This document shows positions 44,854-54,378 of a stretch of DNA of 59,827 bases, one piece after another. Each line of letters begins with the position of its first letter. The stretch's first letter is position 1. A model generated the notes under the pieces. The model saw only the letters and a list, made by a program, of their open reading frames with translations. It did not search any database and was not told where the DNA came from. A program made the position numbers and the translations under genes. The stretch is from a virus (lineage: Duplodnaviria; Caudoviricetes): IMG/VR virus record IMGVR_UViG_3300008450_000043, positions 1 through 59,827 of that record; one strand, given 5' to 3'.

Positions 44854-47130
44854 TTATCCGCGGGCTTTGGCAGTTGACTTAGGCATCAGCATTTCTCGAC
44901 GCTTTTTCTTGAGCAACTCTTGAGTCTGTTCGGCTGGAATCACAGTACCATCTTTGGCGGGGACTACAATCTCAGGACCTTCTTCACCCACAACAAAAGG
45001 TTGGGCGGCTGAAGCAGCTCCCTTGATCAAGTCAGAAAGACCCTCCTGATAAATTTCACGAGTAAGCTTCCCCTTCCCGGGAATGAGTAAAGTTGCTGCG
45101 GCGGCAGGAATCCCTGCGGGAAGACTCCGGGATTCCCCAGCGTCGAGTACGGGGCTCAAAGCCCGCTGCCCCGGGATAAGCTGAGCCACTTTAGACACGA
45201 TTTGTCCCTCGGTACCGAGTATCTCTGGAGTTAAGTACTTGGCCTTCAATCGGGCTGTTTTGTTAAATTCATTGTCCGTGAAGGAAGCTACTGCCTTCTT
45301 TGCCGGGAGAGTCTCCTCCGCAATAAATGGGGCAACCTCATTTGGAGTCACTGAAAAAGCATCCCGAATTTGTTTGCCCATTTGAGTGTACCAAGGTTCC
45401 CCTTTATACCGCTCTGCAATAGGCACAAAAGCAGGCTCTCCTGCGGCTTTTCGACGGGCAAGAAGCTCTTCAGCGGCTTTGATTTCAGCCTCAGTCATCA
45501 TATTGGCTGCTCCCATTAGGCCTTGATAAAATCTGGCCCCGTTATCCACGAGTCCTAGTATCCCTCGGGCAACACTGTCCGGGATAAATGGTTTCTCCGC
45601 AGTCTTAGGAACCACGAGTTCAGGACCTTCTTCACCCACAAGATAAGGGCTCCCCGCTTTGACAGGGCCACCCATAGCGCGGGGCGTAACTCGTGGATTT
45701 TTTAATGTGGCTTCATAGGCAAGCTCTGCTTTACTTTTTTGTTCACTTCCTGCCAGCCAGTTGCGGGCTGGAGCTGCACCAGACTCAATACCCCGCATCA
45801 TAGTATTGCCAGCAGATTCAATAGCCCCAGTCACTGCACTGACTGCTGAGGGGGCCATCTCATTGACTCCTCGTGCAACCTGCACTATACCCTTAACACT
45901 AGGAGGGAGAAGAGTCTCAGGCTGCTTAGTAACAAGGTTTGTTGCCCCAGTCACTGCACTGGTAACAAGGTTTTTTGCCCCAATTCCTACCTTAGTAAGC
46001 CCCGGGAGTCGTTGATACCGCGCCTCATCTGCGGCTGTTTTAAGTTCAGCCGCGGTCGGAGGAGAAGGGGTAAAAGGGGCAGGTTTAAACTTTTCAAGGT
46101 CTTTGTCCAGCTGTTCTGGAGTTCTGAGTCCTGAGGTTAAACTCTTGCTCATCTGATTAGCCTCCCTTGGCTTACTAAGAATTGCCTCTGTATCGGCAAG
46201 AGTCTTCTTTCCCGCCTCCGTGTACAAAGACCCACCCTTGGCAATATAATCTCCGTAGGTCATTGGGTTTGTACGATAATCAGGATTGGTTATATCCGCG
46301 AGCATTATTTTAGGCTGTTCTGTCGGAGGAGCAGCTGGAGTCGTCGCAGAAGGAGCAGCAGCTGGAGTCGTAGGAGGAGCAGCAGCTGGAGTCGTCGCAG
46401 AAGGAGCAGCTGGAGTCGCCGCGGGGGGAGCAGCTGGAGTCGTCGCAGAAGGAGCAGCAGCAGCTGGAGTTTTAGGTTGGTCAGTTACCCACTTTTGACC
46501 TCCGCCGGGGGTAGCTACAAATCGGCCCGTCGAGGCAGCAGCCGGAGTCGCCGCGGGAGGAGCAGCTGGAGTCGTTGATACAGGCATTGCCGCCGGTCCT
46601 GTGGTTGACTGCGGACGATCAAGAGCCGTTGTTGAGGAAGGCCCTGTGGTTGGCTGCGGACGATCAACAGCATCTGTCACCCACTTTTGACCCCCGCCGG
46701 GAGTAGCTACAAATCGGCCTGTTGCGGCAGCAGCTCCAGCTCCAGCTCCAGCTCCTCCAGCTCCTCCAGCAGAGAAAGCCGCAGTCGTTCCAGTGGTGGG
46801 TTGCGGGCGGAAGAAGTTTTCACGCATCTGGCGCATCATTGCTGCATTCCGCTGCTGCTCGGCAATCAGCGCGTCTTGAGCAGCCAACCTCCCACCAGCA
46901 ATCGAGGTGATGTCTTCAGCGCGGCGGGTCGCCCCCACAGGAGCGCCCATAGCAGCCATCTCATCCTGCAATTTCAAGGACCGCTCAATGGATTGCCCTG
47001 CTCGGATGTCCCCGCGCATATAAGCACGACGAGCGCGATTCAGCGTGCTAAGACGAGCCCTATCCCCAGCCGCTTGGCGGTTCTGGGCATTAACATCGGA
47101 AGCGAGGGGATTTCTGGGAGCGAGAGCCAT
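44854..47130 (-). CDS. Putative internal virion protein with Pro/Ala/Thr repeats and two VGEEGPE motifs
   Basis: RAMGGPV...YLVGEEGPELVVP; FVVGEEGPEIVVP; duplicated TGRFVATPGGGQKWVTD. Confidence 0.7.
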   Translation of the reverse strand: MALAPRNPLASDVNAQNRQAAGDRARLSTLNRARRAYMRGDIRAGQSIERSLKLQDEMAAMGAPVGATRRAEDITSIAGGRLAAQDALIAEQQRNAAMMRQMRENFFRPQPTTGTTAAFSAGGAGGAGAGAGAAAATGRFVATPGGGQKWVTDAVDRPQPTTGPSSTTALDRPQSTTGPAAMPVSTTPAAPPAATPAAASTGRFVATPGGGQKWVTDQPKTPAAAAPSATTPAAPPAATPAAPSATTPAAAPPTTPAAAPSATTPAAPPTEQPKIMLADITNPDYRTNPMTYGDYIAKGGSLYTEAGKKTLADTEAILSKPREANQMSKSLTSGLRTPEQLDKDLEKFKPAPFTPSPPTAAELKTAADEARYQRLPGLTKVGIGAKNLVTSAVTGATNLVTKQPETLLPPSVKGIVQVARGVNEMAPSAVSAVTGAIESAGNTMMRGIESGAAPARNWLAGSEQKSKAELAYEATLKNPRVTPRAMGGPVKAGSPYLVGEEGPELVVPKTAEKPFIPDSVARGILGLVDNGARFYQGLMGAANMMTEAEIKAAEELLARRKAAGEPAFVPIAERYKGEPWYTQMGKQIRDAFSVTPNEVAPFIAEETLPAKKAVASFTDNEFNKTARLKAKYLTPEILGTEGQIVSKVAQLIPGQRALSPVLDAGESRSLPAGIPAAAATLLIPGKGKLTREIYQEGLSDLIKGAASAAQPFVVGEEGPEIVVPAKDGTVIPAEQTQELLKKKRREMLMPKSTAKARG

Positions 47131-47135
47131 AAGGG

Positions 47136-48080
47136 TTAAGTGAGGTTACGGACAGGGCGAACGCCTGAATGCCACCGGGCACTTGGCCGGGCGGCCCCAC
47201 GCTGCTTGCGCAGCTCATTGTTCAGCAAAGCGTAGGCTTGCCCAAAGTGCTGAGCAGAAGCCTGCAAATCAGAAGTGTCTTCAAGACGAAGAGCGATGAG
47301 CCCAAGTTTAATCGCTCCAATGTTTGACGGATAGACGAGATCGGTATCGTTCACCACTGGGATGAACTTCCGGCTACACAGAGCAATGACTGTCTGGTTC
47401 TCTTCGACAACGCCTGACTTGAACCGGCGATACGAGGGGTCAGTCTCCCCGGGCTCATAAACCGACAAAGTCTCATTGGCTGAGTTCTTCAGCGTCACAA
47501 ACCCCTTGGTGACAGGAAGCGAGATGCGGTCAAGCTTTGCCACAGCAACGGGAGTGGTGACTGGAGTAGTTCCATTAAAGACTAGCTCAAGACCTTCTGC
47601 ACCAGTGCTGGCGGTGAAAAGGCGCTTGCCAGTGCTATCCACGCCATAAAGGCGGGCCTTAAAGGATACCGAGGTGTCAAGGGCACTGGAAGAAACGATG
47701 GATAGGGTAAGCGGGGTGTCGCCAAGCTCAGTCTGAGTGCAAACATCAGGGGTCTCATAAACGGAACGAAGAGCCGCGTCGGGCTTTTGCTCGCCGGGGC
47801 CAGCCTCCAGAAACTCATGGGCCTGCGGATATACCGTGCGGGGGCTGCCATTTGAGAAGCGGACACCAAGGAGAGCCGCAGCCCGGCGGGGCAGAGTAAA
47901 GTGCCCGTTCACCACTGGAAGCTCGACGACAAAGTTTGACCGCTGCCATTCACCCGAGTCAATGAACCGCCGAAGCAGATGATTGAGCCACTCTTTATAC
48001 TTAGGGTCCGTGTCCGAATAAACGACCGTGTCATAGGTCGCGGCACGAGCTTCAGCTAGGGTAAGGAGGGGAGTGGACAC
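47136..48080 (-). CDS. Putative tail adaptor / tubular protein
   Basis: Position; helical N- and C-termini around a beta core; GTG start. Confidence 0.5.
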   Translation of the reverse strand: MSTPLLTLAEARAATYDTVVYSDTDPKYKEWLNHLLRRFIDSGEWQRSNFVVELPVVNGHFTLPRRAAALLGVRFSNGSPRTVYPQAHEFLEAGPGEQKPDAALRSVYETPDVCTQTELGDTPLTLSIVSSSALDTSVSFKARLYGVDSTGKRLFTASTGAEGLELVFNGTTPVTTPVAVAKLDRISLPVTKGFVTLKNSANETLSVYEPGETDPSYRRFKSGVVEENQTVIALCSRKFIPVVNDTDLVYPSNIGAIKLGLIALRLEDTSDLQASAQHFGQAYALLNNELRKQRGAARPSARWHSGVRPVRNLT

Positions 48081-48123
48081 AGCGGCCTAATTTACCCGCC
48101 GCTACGGGATTGCAAACATAAAG

Positions 48124-48948
48124 CTAGGGATTTACCGTATAGCCCATAGCAGGCTGAATGTTAGACTGCACAGTCAAATTGGTTGTGCCATAAAGCGGGC
48201 CAGTTTCAAAAAATCCTGTAAGAGAAGCATTCCAAGACCCCGAGTTGTAGTGAGTGTAATAACCAGCCTCAGAGACCCAGTCTCCAAAAGAGTCTTTGCC
48301 GTATTTTCCTGTGGAAGCTAGCCATCTCAAAGAAACCTCTTCTGGCTTTCCTTCAGGTTTTACTACAATAGGCACATAAAAAAGATGGACACCCGGCCAA
48401 TAAAAGTTGGCGGGGACTTCGGGGTAGTCAGGATAGCCTGCACAAGGGTTCGTAACTTTAGCCGCTTTCTCCTTTGGAATATCTGAGAGCATCTTAATCT
48501 CAGCGGAGACGATACTAGAAGCTTGAGGAAAAGACTGAGGGCTCCCCAGAACAGGAGGCGTAACGTCAAAATTTCTACCAAAGCATCGCGTAATTGCACT
48601 TACAGAGACTTTAATTTCAAGAAAGAAAAACACTCGGCTTTCGGGAAGAGTAAATACGGGGGGAGGAGACGAATAACATGACTTCCCTAGTGCAGTAATC
48701 GTGTGGTCATACGGAAAAAACTGAAGTGTCTCCCCCAGTTGCTTCCAGTAAGGTGTGAATCGGTCCACGATTTCAGTGATTACTTCTTCCTGAAACTGAA
48801 CTGCCTGATCTCCAACGATTAAATATGGATAACCTGAAATAACAAGCGTTGACGGGTCTCCAGCTACAAAGCGAAATTGAGCTGCTGTGGACTCAACCAT
48901 ATCACGGACTTGGTTTAAGATTTGATCGGCAGCATCTTCACTGTTCAT
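48124..48948 (-). CDS. Hypothetical structural (tail) protein, AT-richer than neighbours
   Basis: ORF; position in tail region. Confidence 0.6.
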   Translation of the reverse strand: MNSEDAADQILNQVRDMVESTAAQFRFVAGDPSTLVISGYPYLIVGDQAVQFQEEVITEIVDRFTPYWKQLGETLQFFPYDHTITALGKSCYSSPPPVFTLPESRVFFFLEIKVSVSAITRCFGRNFDVTPPVLGSPQSFPQASSIVSAEIKMLSDIPKEKAAKVTNPCAGYPDYPEVPANFYWPGVHLFYVPIVVKPEGKPEEVSLRWLASTGKYGKDSFGDWVSEAGYYTHYNSGSWNASLTGFFETGPLYGTTNLTVQSNIQPAMGYTVNP

Positions 48949-48953
48949 TGTAT

Positions 48954-49688
48954 TTAGGGAGTGGCGAAAACATACTCAATTTCGAGCGGAAAATTTTTGG
49001 GCGCTGAGATATAATGTGGGCCAGCCCCATCGTCCATTGGGTCAGTTAAACTAGATACAAAGTCGTTTGGCCTAAAGGTAACTTGCTCGTCTCGGTCATA
49101 AGTTCCAAGATGTGTGCAACAATATCCCGTGGCAGTCTTCGGAGATACATCCATCACTGCTCCTGTATCCCGGTTAATTTTCACAAGGACCTTAATTGGA
49201 CGGTACGGAGGGGGTTCATTCAGGCGTACTTGAACAATCTCTGCTTGGATAAGCACCCCTTGAGCATCTACAAATTTCCCTTCTAGGTTATCCAGAGTAG
49301 CAGAGAGTTTAACCTCATAGACCCCTTGTAAATAAACAGCGCCGCCAGAGCCATATTTAGACAGCGAAGGTCGGGCCACAGAAAAAAGCGAGCGACCTCC
49401 AATAGTTGGAGCTACCCAGCCGGTCTCGGACCCGAATAGAATAGGAACCCGGTCAGGAACTACAAAAGGAACCACTTCAATGCGGTCAGAAAGTAAGATC
49501 TGCCCAGCGATGAGCTTTGACTTTTTTTTAACTTTTACCTCTGAAGTTAAATAGGGCTCAACTGAAATAGTTCTGCCAAGGAGCTCAACTCCATTCCCCG
49601 GTTGTATAGACTCCATAGCCTTGGATGACTCCCGAGCAATAACCTCGGAAGCAAACTCCATGATTCGTTGTTGGGCTTCGGGGGTCAT
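48954..49688 (-). CDS. Hypothetical structural (tail) protein
   Basis: ORF; IQPGNGVEL.G.TISV motif common in tail fibres. Confidence 0.6.
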   Translation of the reverse strand: MTPEAQQRIMEFASEVIARESSKAMESIQPGNGVELLGRTISVEPYLTSEVKVKKKSKLIAGQILLSDRIEVVPFVVPDRVPILFGSETGWVAPTIGGRSLFSVARPSLSKYGSGGAVYLQGVYEVKLSATLDNLEGKFVDAQGVLIQAEIVQVRLNEPPPYRPIKVLVKINRDTGAVMDVSPKTATGYCCTHLGTYDRDEQVTFRPNDFVSSLTDPMDDGAGPHYISAPKNFPLEIEYVFATP

Positions 49689-49861
49689 CGAATCGTGGAA
49701 AGAGAGTTACGATGTGCTAGAAGAGTGCCATCGGAAACCAGCCGGATTTGAGAGAAAGCGAAAACTACCATGACCTCAATGAGGTGGCGTAGAGCAGCCT
49801 CCTGTGCGTCCTCTCCTTGCTCACCAGAGAGTAGGTCATGTGGTGACGGTGATGGTGACAT
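49685..49861 (-). CDS. 58-aa protein resembling the N-terminus of the 48124-48948 product
   Basis: ATG 49861; EDAQEAALRHLIEVMV..SQIRLVSDGTL vs EDAADQILNQVRDMV..AQFRFVAGDPSTL; ATGA overlap downstream. Confidence 0.5.
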   Translation of the reverse strand: MSPSPSPHDLLSGEQGEDAQEAALRHLIEVMVVFAFSQIRLVSDGTLLAHRNSLSTIR

Positions 49862-52373
49862 TGACTGCGGTGCGCGTTCCAGCGTTGTTTGTTGCAGAGA
49901 CTGCAACCACCCAAACACCTCCCGTATTAAGAGTCCCTGCCGGGCTTCCCTCAAAGGTGCCTGTGCTCGTATTGAAGCTGACGCCCAGCTGGGCCAAGTA
50001 GTCGCCTCCAGAAGTTGCAGTAGTTGAGACGGTGCCTTCGTAGGTCCACGAAGTTGGGGCATTCGCTGCGACCACCGGGAAATTAACGGTTCCAGAATTG
50101 TGGTCGTGGGAATATGTCTGCCCCGCAGTAATAGTGGGCTTGGCAGTGTAAAGAATGGTGAGAGTATCTGAATCTGTGCCTGCGGCATTGGTTGCCGAGA
50201 TAGTGACCGATACAGTGGTGCTAGAAGTTCCCGTGGGAACGCCAGAAATAATGCCGGTCGTAGTATCAATGCTAAGTCCAGCGGGCAACCCAGTTGCAGC
50301 GTAACTCGATGCTGTGTTAGCGACTACAATGGCGTAGCTGAAAGAGTTGCCTTCAAAAGAAGTGGTAACATCTCCAGAAACCACAGGGGCAACCACAAAG
50401 GTGAGGGTCAATATAGCCGCGGTAGATGTTCCAGCCGCATTAGTCGCTGTGACATTAACCGTGTAATTCGTATTCGATGTAATGCCATTGACGGTGCCGG
50501 AGATCAGGCCAGTCGTTGTGTTGATGCTGAGCCCGGTAGGCAGCCCAGTAGCGGCAAAGCTTGTCGGGCTGTTGTCCGCGTAAAGCTGGTAAGAGAAAGC
50601 AACACTCTTACCGCCAGTAGCTGCCAGCGTAGTCGTGCGGGTGGCCAAGGTAGCGTCAGTGCAGATATGGGGCTTCGCTGTATAGGCGAGCACAAGATTG
50701 GCGGTGCCCGTCCCTGCGGGGTTAGATGCAGAAATTTCCACAGTAAGGTTGCCACCATCTTCACCTGTCGGGGTGCCAGAAATAGCTCCAGTCGTAGCGT
50801 TGACTGTAAGCCCCGTAGGGAGGCCAGCTGCGGCAAAAGACGTAGCAGGCCCCGTGGCAGTAATCGTGTAGCCCGCAAATACGGAGCCTTGTTGCGCTGT
50901 GGCAGAGAGACCAGATGTTACCACAGGTATCGCATACTGAGTCGTGAGTGTGGCAATGTTTGAAGTAGTAGAACCAACTACCACTTTGAAATCATAAGAT
51001 GTCAGAGAACTCAATCCTGTGACAGTATAGGCACTCCCGGTCAACCCGCTAGCAACTAGGGTCCATGTGCCAGATGATGTCGTCTTCACATAGACAGACG
51101 CAGTCGTCGTCAACCCAGTTACCCACTGCAAATTAGCAGAAGTCGAAGTGACTCCAGTCACGGAAAGCAGGACTGTCCCAGACAATGAGTACTTGTAGGG
51201 ATTGTAGATTTTACGCATCCGGGTCAAGTACCCACCCATATAGGGCTGCGTTTGTTGGTCAGTGATAACAAAGTTAGGCCAATCAACATAGTTGGTGGCT
51301 CGGACATACTGCCGGTAGTAATAATACTTGTAGTCTGGATGGTTGGTCCCAGATGTTTCAGAAAGTTCAAATCCTGCATGTAAGGTGGGCTCAACGTCCA
51401 AGTTATACAGCTTACCTCGCCACTGAATAGCCTCGGGCACGGGAACTCCTAATGTGACAATAGCCGCAGGAGGATTTTTAGTCCAAGTCTCAACGACTTC
51501 AGAAACACAGGGGCCACTATACCGATAGCGCAGCATATTGGGGGTAACAATCGGCTCATAACCTCCCGCTCGAAGTGGAACAGACACGATACTATATGGC
51601 TCCCATGAGCTCAGAACAGCAGGCCAAGCATACTGAACAATCTCAGGAAATGACCGAGACGCTGTCCCTGAGACAGCCTGCCCCGCAAGACCCGAAGCTT
51701 GCTTGATGGTCTGCATAGACCACAGCGAGTTAATTGGTGTGACTTCGGTGATAGTGCCCGTGTCCGGGTCAAAAGCCCCGGGAGTTCCAGCGGGAACTTT
51801 TTCCCGAGTCACTGGGCGAAGCTGGCCCGTCTCAGAGTCAAACTCTTCACCCTCCAAAGGAACAAGCTTTTCTCGTGTGACCGTGACGATGACAAAAAGG
51901 CTATCGAGCTCAGCGTCCCCTGAGCGAGATTGCTCTACTGAGGTAATATAGTAGTCGTCGGCAGGGTCAGGCTGCCCAACAAACGGGGGCTCAAATAGAC
52001 CTTCAGGGAAAGGGTACTCAGCCTCAAAGTTAGCCGGGATAGGGTCATATTCCTCGCGGAGAATAACAAATGACTGCCGAATAACTGGCCAGTCAGGCTG
52101 GTTATTGGACTCCCAGTTATAGAGGTTTTGCTGTTCTCGGGTCTTGAGATAAATCCACTGCGCCCAACCCAGCTCAGGGTCAGGCATCACACGAGCAAGA
52201 AAGTGAGCTGGATACTTGGCAGTATCAGGATGGGGGTCGCCGTAGCTGAACTGGGAATTTGACGGCTTCCGCATATCTCGGCGCTCCCGAAGAATAACAT
52301 CCTCCAACCCCCGTGGCGTTGGGTATTCAAGAATAGGGACCCGTTCAGGGATGGAAGGATTACCGCGAATCAT
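49836..52373 (-). CDS. Virion protein with FN3 and about four putative-Ig (He_PIG) domains
   Basis: ATG 52373; YTVTGL..TSY.FKV; repeated GLP.GL.I...TG.ISG.PT and ATN.AGT. Confidence 0.85.
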   Translation of the reverse strand: MIRGNPSIPERVPILEYPTPRGLEDVILRERRDMRKPSNSQFSYGDPHPDTAKYPAHFLARVMPDPELGWAQWIYLKTREQQNLYNWESNNQPDWPVIRQSFVILREEYDPIPANFEAEYPFPEGLFEPPFVGQPDPADDYYITSVEQSRSGDAELDSLFVIVTVTREKLVPLEGEEFDSETGQLRPVTREKVPAGTPGAFDPDTGTITEVTPINSLWSMQTIKQASGLAGQAVSGTASRSFPEIVQYAWPAVLSSWEPYSIVSVPLRAGGYEPIVTPNMLRYRYSGPCVSEVVETWTKNPPAAIVTLGVPVPEAIQWRGKLYNLDVEPTLHAGFELSETSGTNHPDYKYYYYRQYVRATNYVDWPNFVITDQQTQPYMGGYLTRMRKIYNPYKYSLSGTVLLSVTGVTSTSANLQWVTGLTTTASVYVKTTSSGTWTLVASGLTGSAYTVTGLSSLTSYDFKVVVGSTTSNIATLTTQYAIPVVTSGLSATAQQGSVFAGYTITATGPATSFAAAGLPTGLTVNATTGAISGTPTGEDGGNLTVEISASNPAGTGTANLVLAYTAKPHICTDATLATRTTTLAATGGKSVAFSYQLYADNSPTSFAATGLPTGLSINTTTGLISGTVNGITSNTNYTVNVTATNAAGTSTAAILTLTFVVAPVVSGDVTTSFEGNSFSYAIVVANTASSYAATGLPAGLSIDTTTGIISGVPTGTSSTTVSVTISATNAAGTDSDTLTILYTAKPTITAGQTYSHDHNSGTVNFPVVAANAPTSWTYEGTVSTTATSGGDYLAQLGVSFNTSTGTFEGSPAGTLNTGGVWVVAVSATNNAGTRTAVNVTITVTT

Positions 52374-52412
52374 GAGCGTTGGGAGGAAGAATGCCCGCCA
52401 ACCCAAGGCACG

Positions 52413-52958
52413 TCAAAGCAAAACGTAAGGAATACGCTTTTGACCGTGACGGTCCATTTCAGAGTAGGCTAGTGTCTGGAAGGGCAGCCACTGAGGGGGA
52501 TAGATCGTCTGGCAACCCAAACTCGAAGTCGAGCTCAAGCTACCTTTATGGATGTTAATAGCGATTCCAAAGCTAATACCGGAAGCCCCGTCTCGCATCA
52601 CGGGAAGCTTTTCCTCTGGGTTGTCGGGGCGAAAGGCTGGATAGCCGCCCCCGGGGCGAGAGATTCCATGCTTGCCCTTGCGGTACCAGTGGACACCGGG
52701 GACAAGAGTAGCGATTCCTTCTCGAAAAACTGACGGGTCACAGTTGGCATTGACAGTCAAATAGGCCGTTGGGGAGACTAAGGCAATAGCGTCGTCGTAA
52801 ATGCCACGGTCGTTTTTACCGGGTTCACCCATTGTGTCGAGGTAGTAGCCCCGAATACCCACCAAAAATACAGGCACCACAGGCTTCAAGCTGCCAACCT
52901 TCTTGAGAAGATCGGGCAGCTTGATTTGTGGGGTGGAGGCTGGGATAATTGAGCTCAC
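52413..52958 (-). CDS. Putative endolysin with YkuD/L,D-transpeptidase-like catalytic motif
   Basis: VGIRGYY, YDDA, INIHKG...TSSLGCQT; next to membrane-protein genes. Confidence 0.65.
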   Translation of the reverse strand: MSSIIPASTPQIKLPDLLKKVGSLKPVVPVFLVGIRGYYLDTMGEPGKNDRGIYDDAIALVSPTAYLTVNANCDPSVFREGIATLVPGVHWYRKGKHGISRPGGGYPAFRPDNPEEKLPVMRDGASGISFGIAINIHKGSLSSTSSLGCQTIYPPQWLPFQTLAYSEMDRHGQKRIPYVLL

Positions 52959-53488
52959 AGGACTGGATTCTTACCGGGAGTAAATCTGCTCCCAGTCAAC
53001 TTGAGATAGCGTTCTTGGGCCTTGCTGATTGCCGTCGTCCAAACAGCAACTTCAGCGGCCCGGGTAAGTTGGGACGGGAGGTCTGTTGCAGGATGCAACA
53101 GAGCAGCGCGGCGGGAGGCTTCGGCTTTCAGAATAGCTTGTTCAAGCAAAGCGGGCTCCATGGCGTGGGCCGTTGCTTTAAGCACTTCCTCAGAGGTATG
53201 CACTACAACTTGCCCCGTGGGGGACTTTACCCACGACTGAATCTGAGCACAGGAAGTCAGTAGGAAAAAAGAAAGAATCACAAGCTGCGTCGGCGGCTTG
53301 GTGACACCCAAAAAGATAGCTTTGAAGATGCCAATCACGCCCCCATTTTCCTTGAGAGACTGGAAAGCACGCCCACTAAACATTAACAAGAGCATGACAA
53401 GCGGGGTGTAAGATGCCCATGCAGGCGGGACAACTTGCCGAACGGCCTCTTGAAAGCCCGGGTCATTGATAAGAAGGTCAGAGTTCAT
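52955..53488 (-). CDS. Membrane/lipoprotein lysis protein (holin- or spanin-like)
   Basis: Hydrophobic segments plus internal lipobox-like FLLTSC; ATGA-coupled to lysin. Confidence 0.5.
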   Translation of the reverse strand: MNSDLLINDPGFQEAVRQVVPPAWASYTPLVMLLLMFSGRAFQSLKENGGVIGIFKAIFLGVTKPPTQLVILSFFLLTSCAQIQSWVKSPTGQVVVHTSEEVLKATAHAMEPALLEQAILKAEASRRAALLHPATDLPSQLTRAAEVAVWTTAISKAQERYLKLTGSRFTPGKNPVL

Positions 53489-53532
53489 AGTAATTGAAGA
53501 TCAGAGAGGGCCACAAAGAAGCAAGGAGGATT

Positions 53533-53967
53533 TTATTTTTTACGGCTCAATATACTAAGGGAGTGCCCGTATGCCTCAACTGTCGCATCTAAGTTGATTC
53601 CCCGCATAACTCCAGCCTCGCGGTCCATATTGCCAACACTCAGTATTCTCCTGCCATTTTTTAGAGTGAATATATGATAAAATCCCTTTCCACTTGTCAC
53701 GGCTTCATTAGTAGCTGTCCGTAGTCTCCCCACATCTTCAGGGACAACAGCGTTCTCAAAATCCGCATAACGACACCCAAAAACCTCCGGGTTGATTGCA
53801 TAAAGTGCAAACATCTGTTTAGACCACCACAGCTCATCAGTGTCTGGATACCACTCCCAAACTCCAGCTCCGTTGGCTTCCAAGGCTTGTTGAAGACGGA
53901 GCCTCTCTCGACGAAGAGTAGTCTCAATCTCTACTATCCGAGTGGTGATGGCATCGGCGGAGTTCAT
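53533..53967 (-). CDS. Stand-alone PAS (PAS_3-like) domain protein
   Basis: ATG 53967 coupled to upstream TGA; RL..ALEA...GVWEW...TDELWWS.QMFALY, V.PED, GRRI..VG, GINLD. Confidence 0.8.
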   Translation of the reverse strand: MNSADAITTRIVEIETTLRRERLRLQQALEANGAGVWEWYPDTDELWWSKQMFALYAINPEVFGCRYADFENAVVPEDVGRLRTATNEAVTSGKGFYHIFTLKNGRRILSVGNMDREAGVMRGINLDATVEAYGHSLSILSRKK

Positions 53968-54233
53968 TTTGAGTGGGAGAGAAACCAAGCTAGAAAAGCT
54001 TGGACCGCCTGCAAAGATGCAACGGCCCCAAAACCGCCGACGATCATCCACTTATAGCTCTCCAACTTGTTGATTCGATCTGACAACTTTTCTACCTCGC
54101 TTAGTGGGGCAAGCAAACTTACACGGGCTGCTAGGTGGTCAATACTCTGAGCGAGCTTAGCTAAGTCCGTATGCAGGCGGCTGTCGCGTTCCCGACGCAG
54201 CCTGTCCAGTTCATCTTCGAGACTTTCTCCCAT
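53964..54233 (-). CDS. Holin-like protein (coiled coil plus C-terminal TM, XhlA-like)
   Basis: RI.KLE..KW followed by hydrophobic helix. Confidence 0.6.
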   Translation of the reverse strand: MGESLEDELDRLRRERDSRLHTDLAKLAQSIDHLAARVSLLAPLSEVEKLSDRINKLESYKWMIVGGFGAVASLQAVQAFLAWFLSHSK

Positions 54234-54378
54234 GGTAGTTTTGGTAGGTTAAGCCCCGCAGCTTTTTGCTGCGGCACATTTGCTGGGTGAAGGGTGAAGA
54301 GTGAGCGTTTTCATTAAGGATGAAAGCGCCCAACTAATCGAAGAAAGTCCCTAAAAATCAAGCCACTTTTGGCGGCAA

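Noticed and set aside
49685-50269. 194-aa ORF or programmed frameshift extension of the Ig protein
   Set aside because: Upstream part is an off-frame shadow; an in-frame ATG at 49861 explains the coding-like tail and no slippery site is seen
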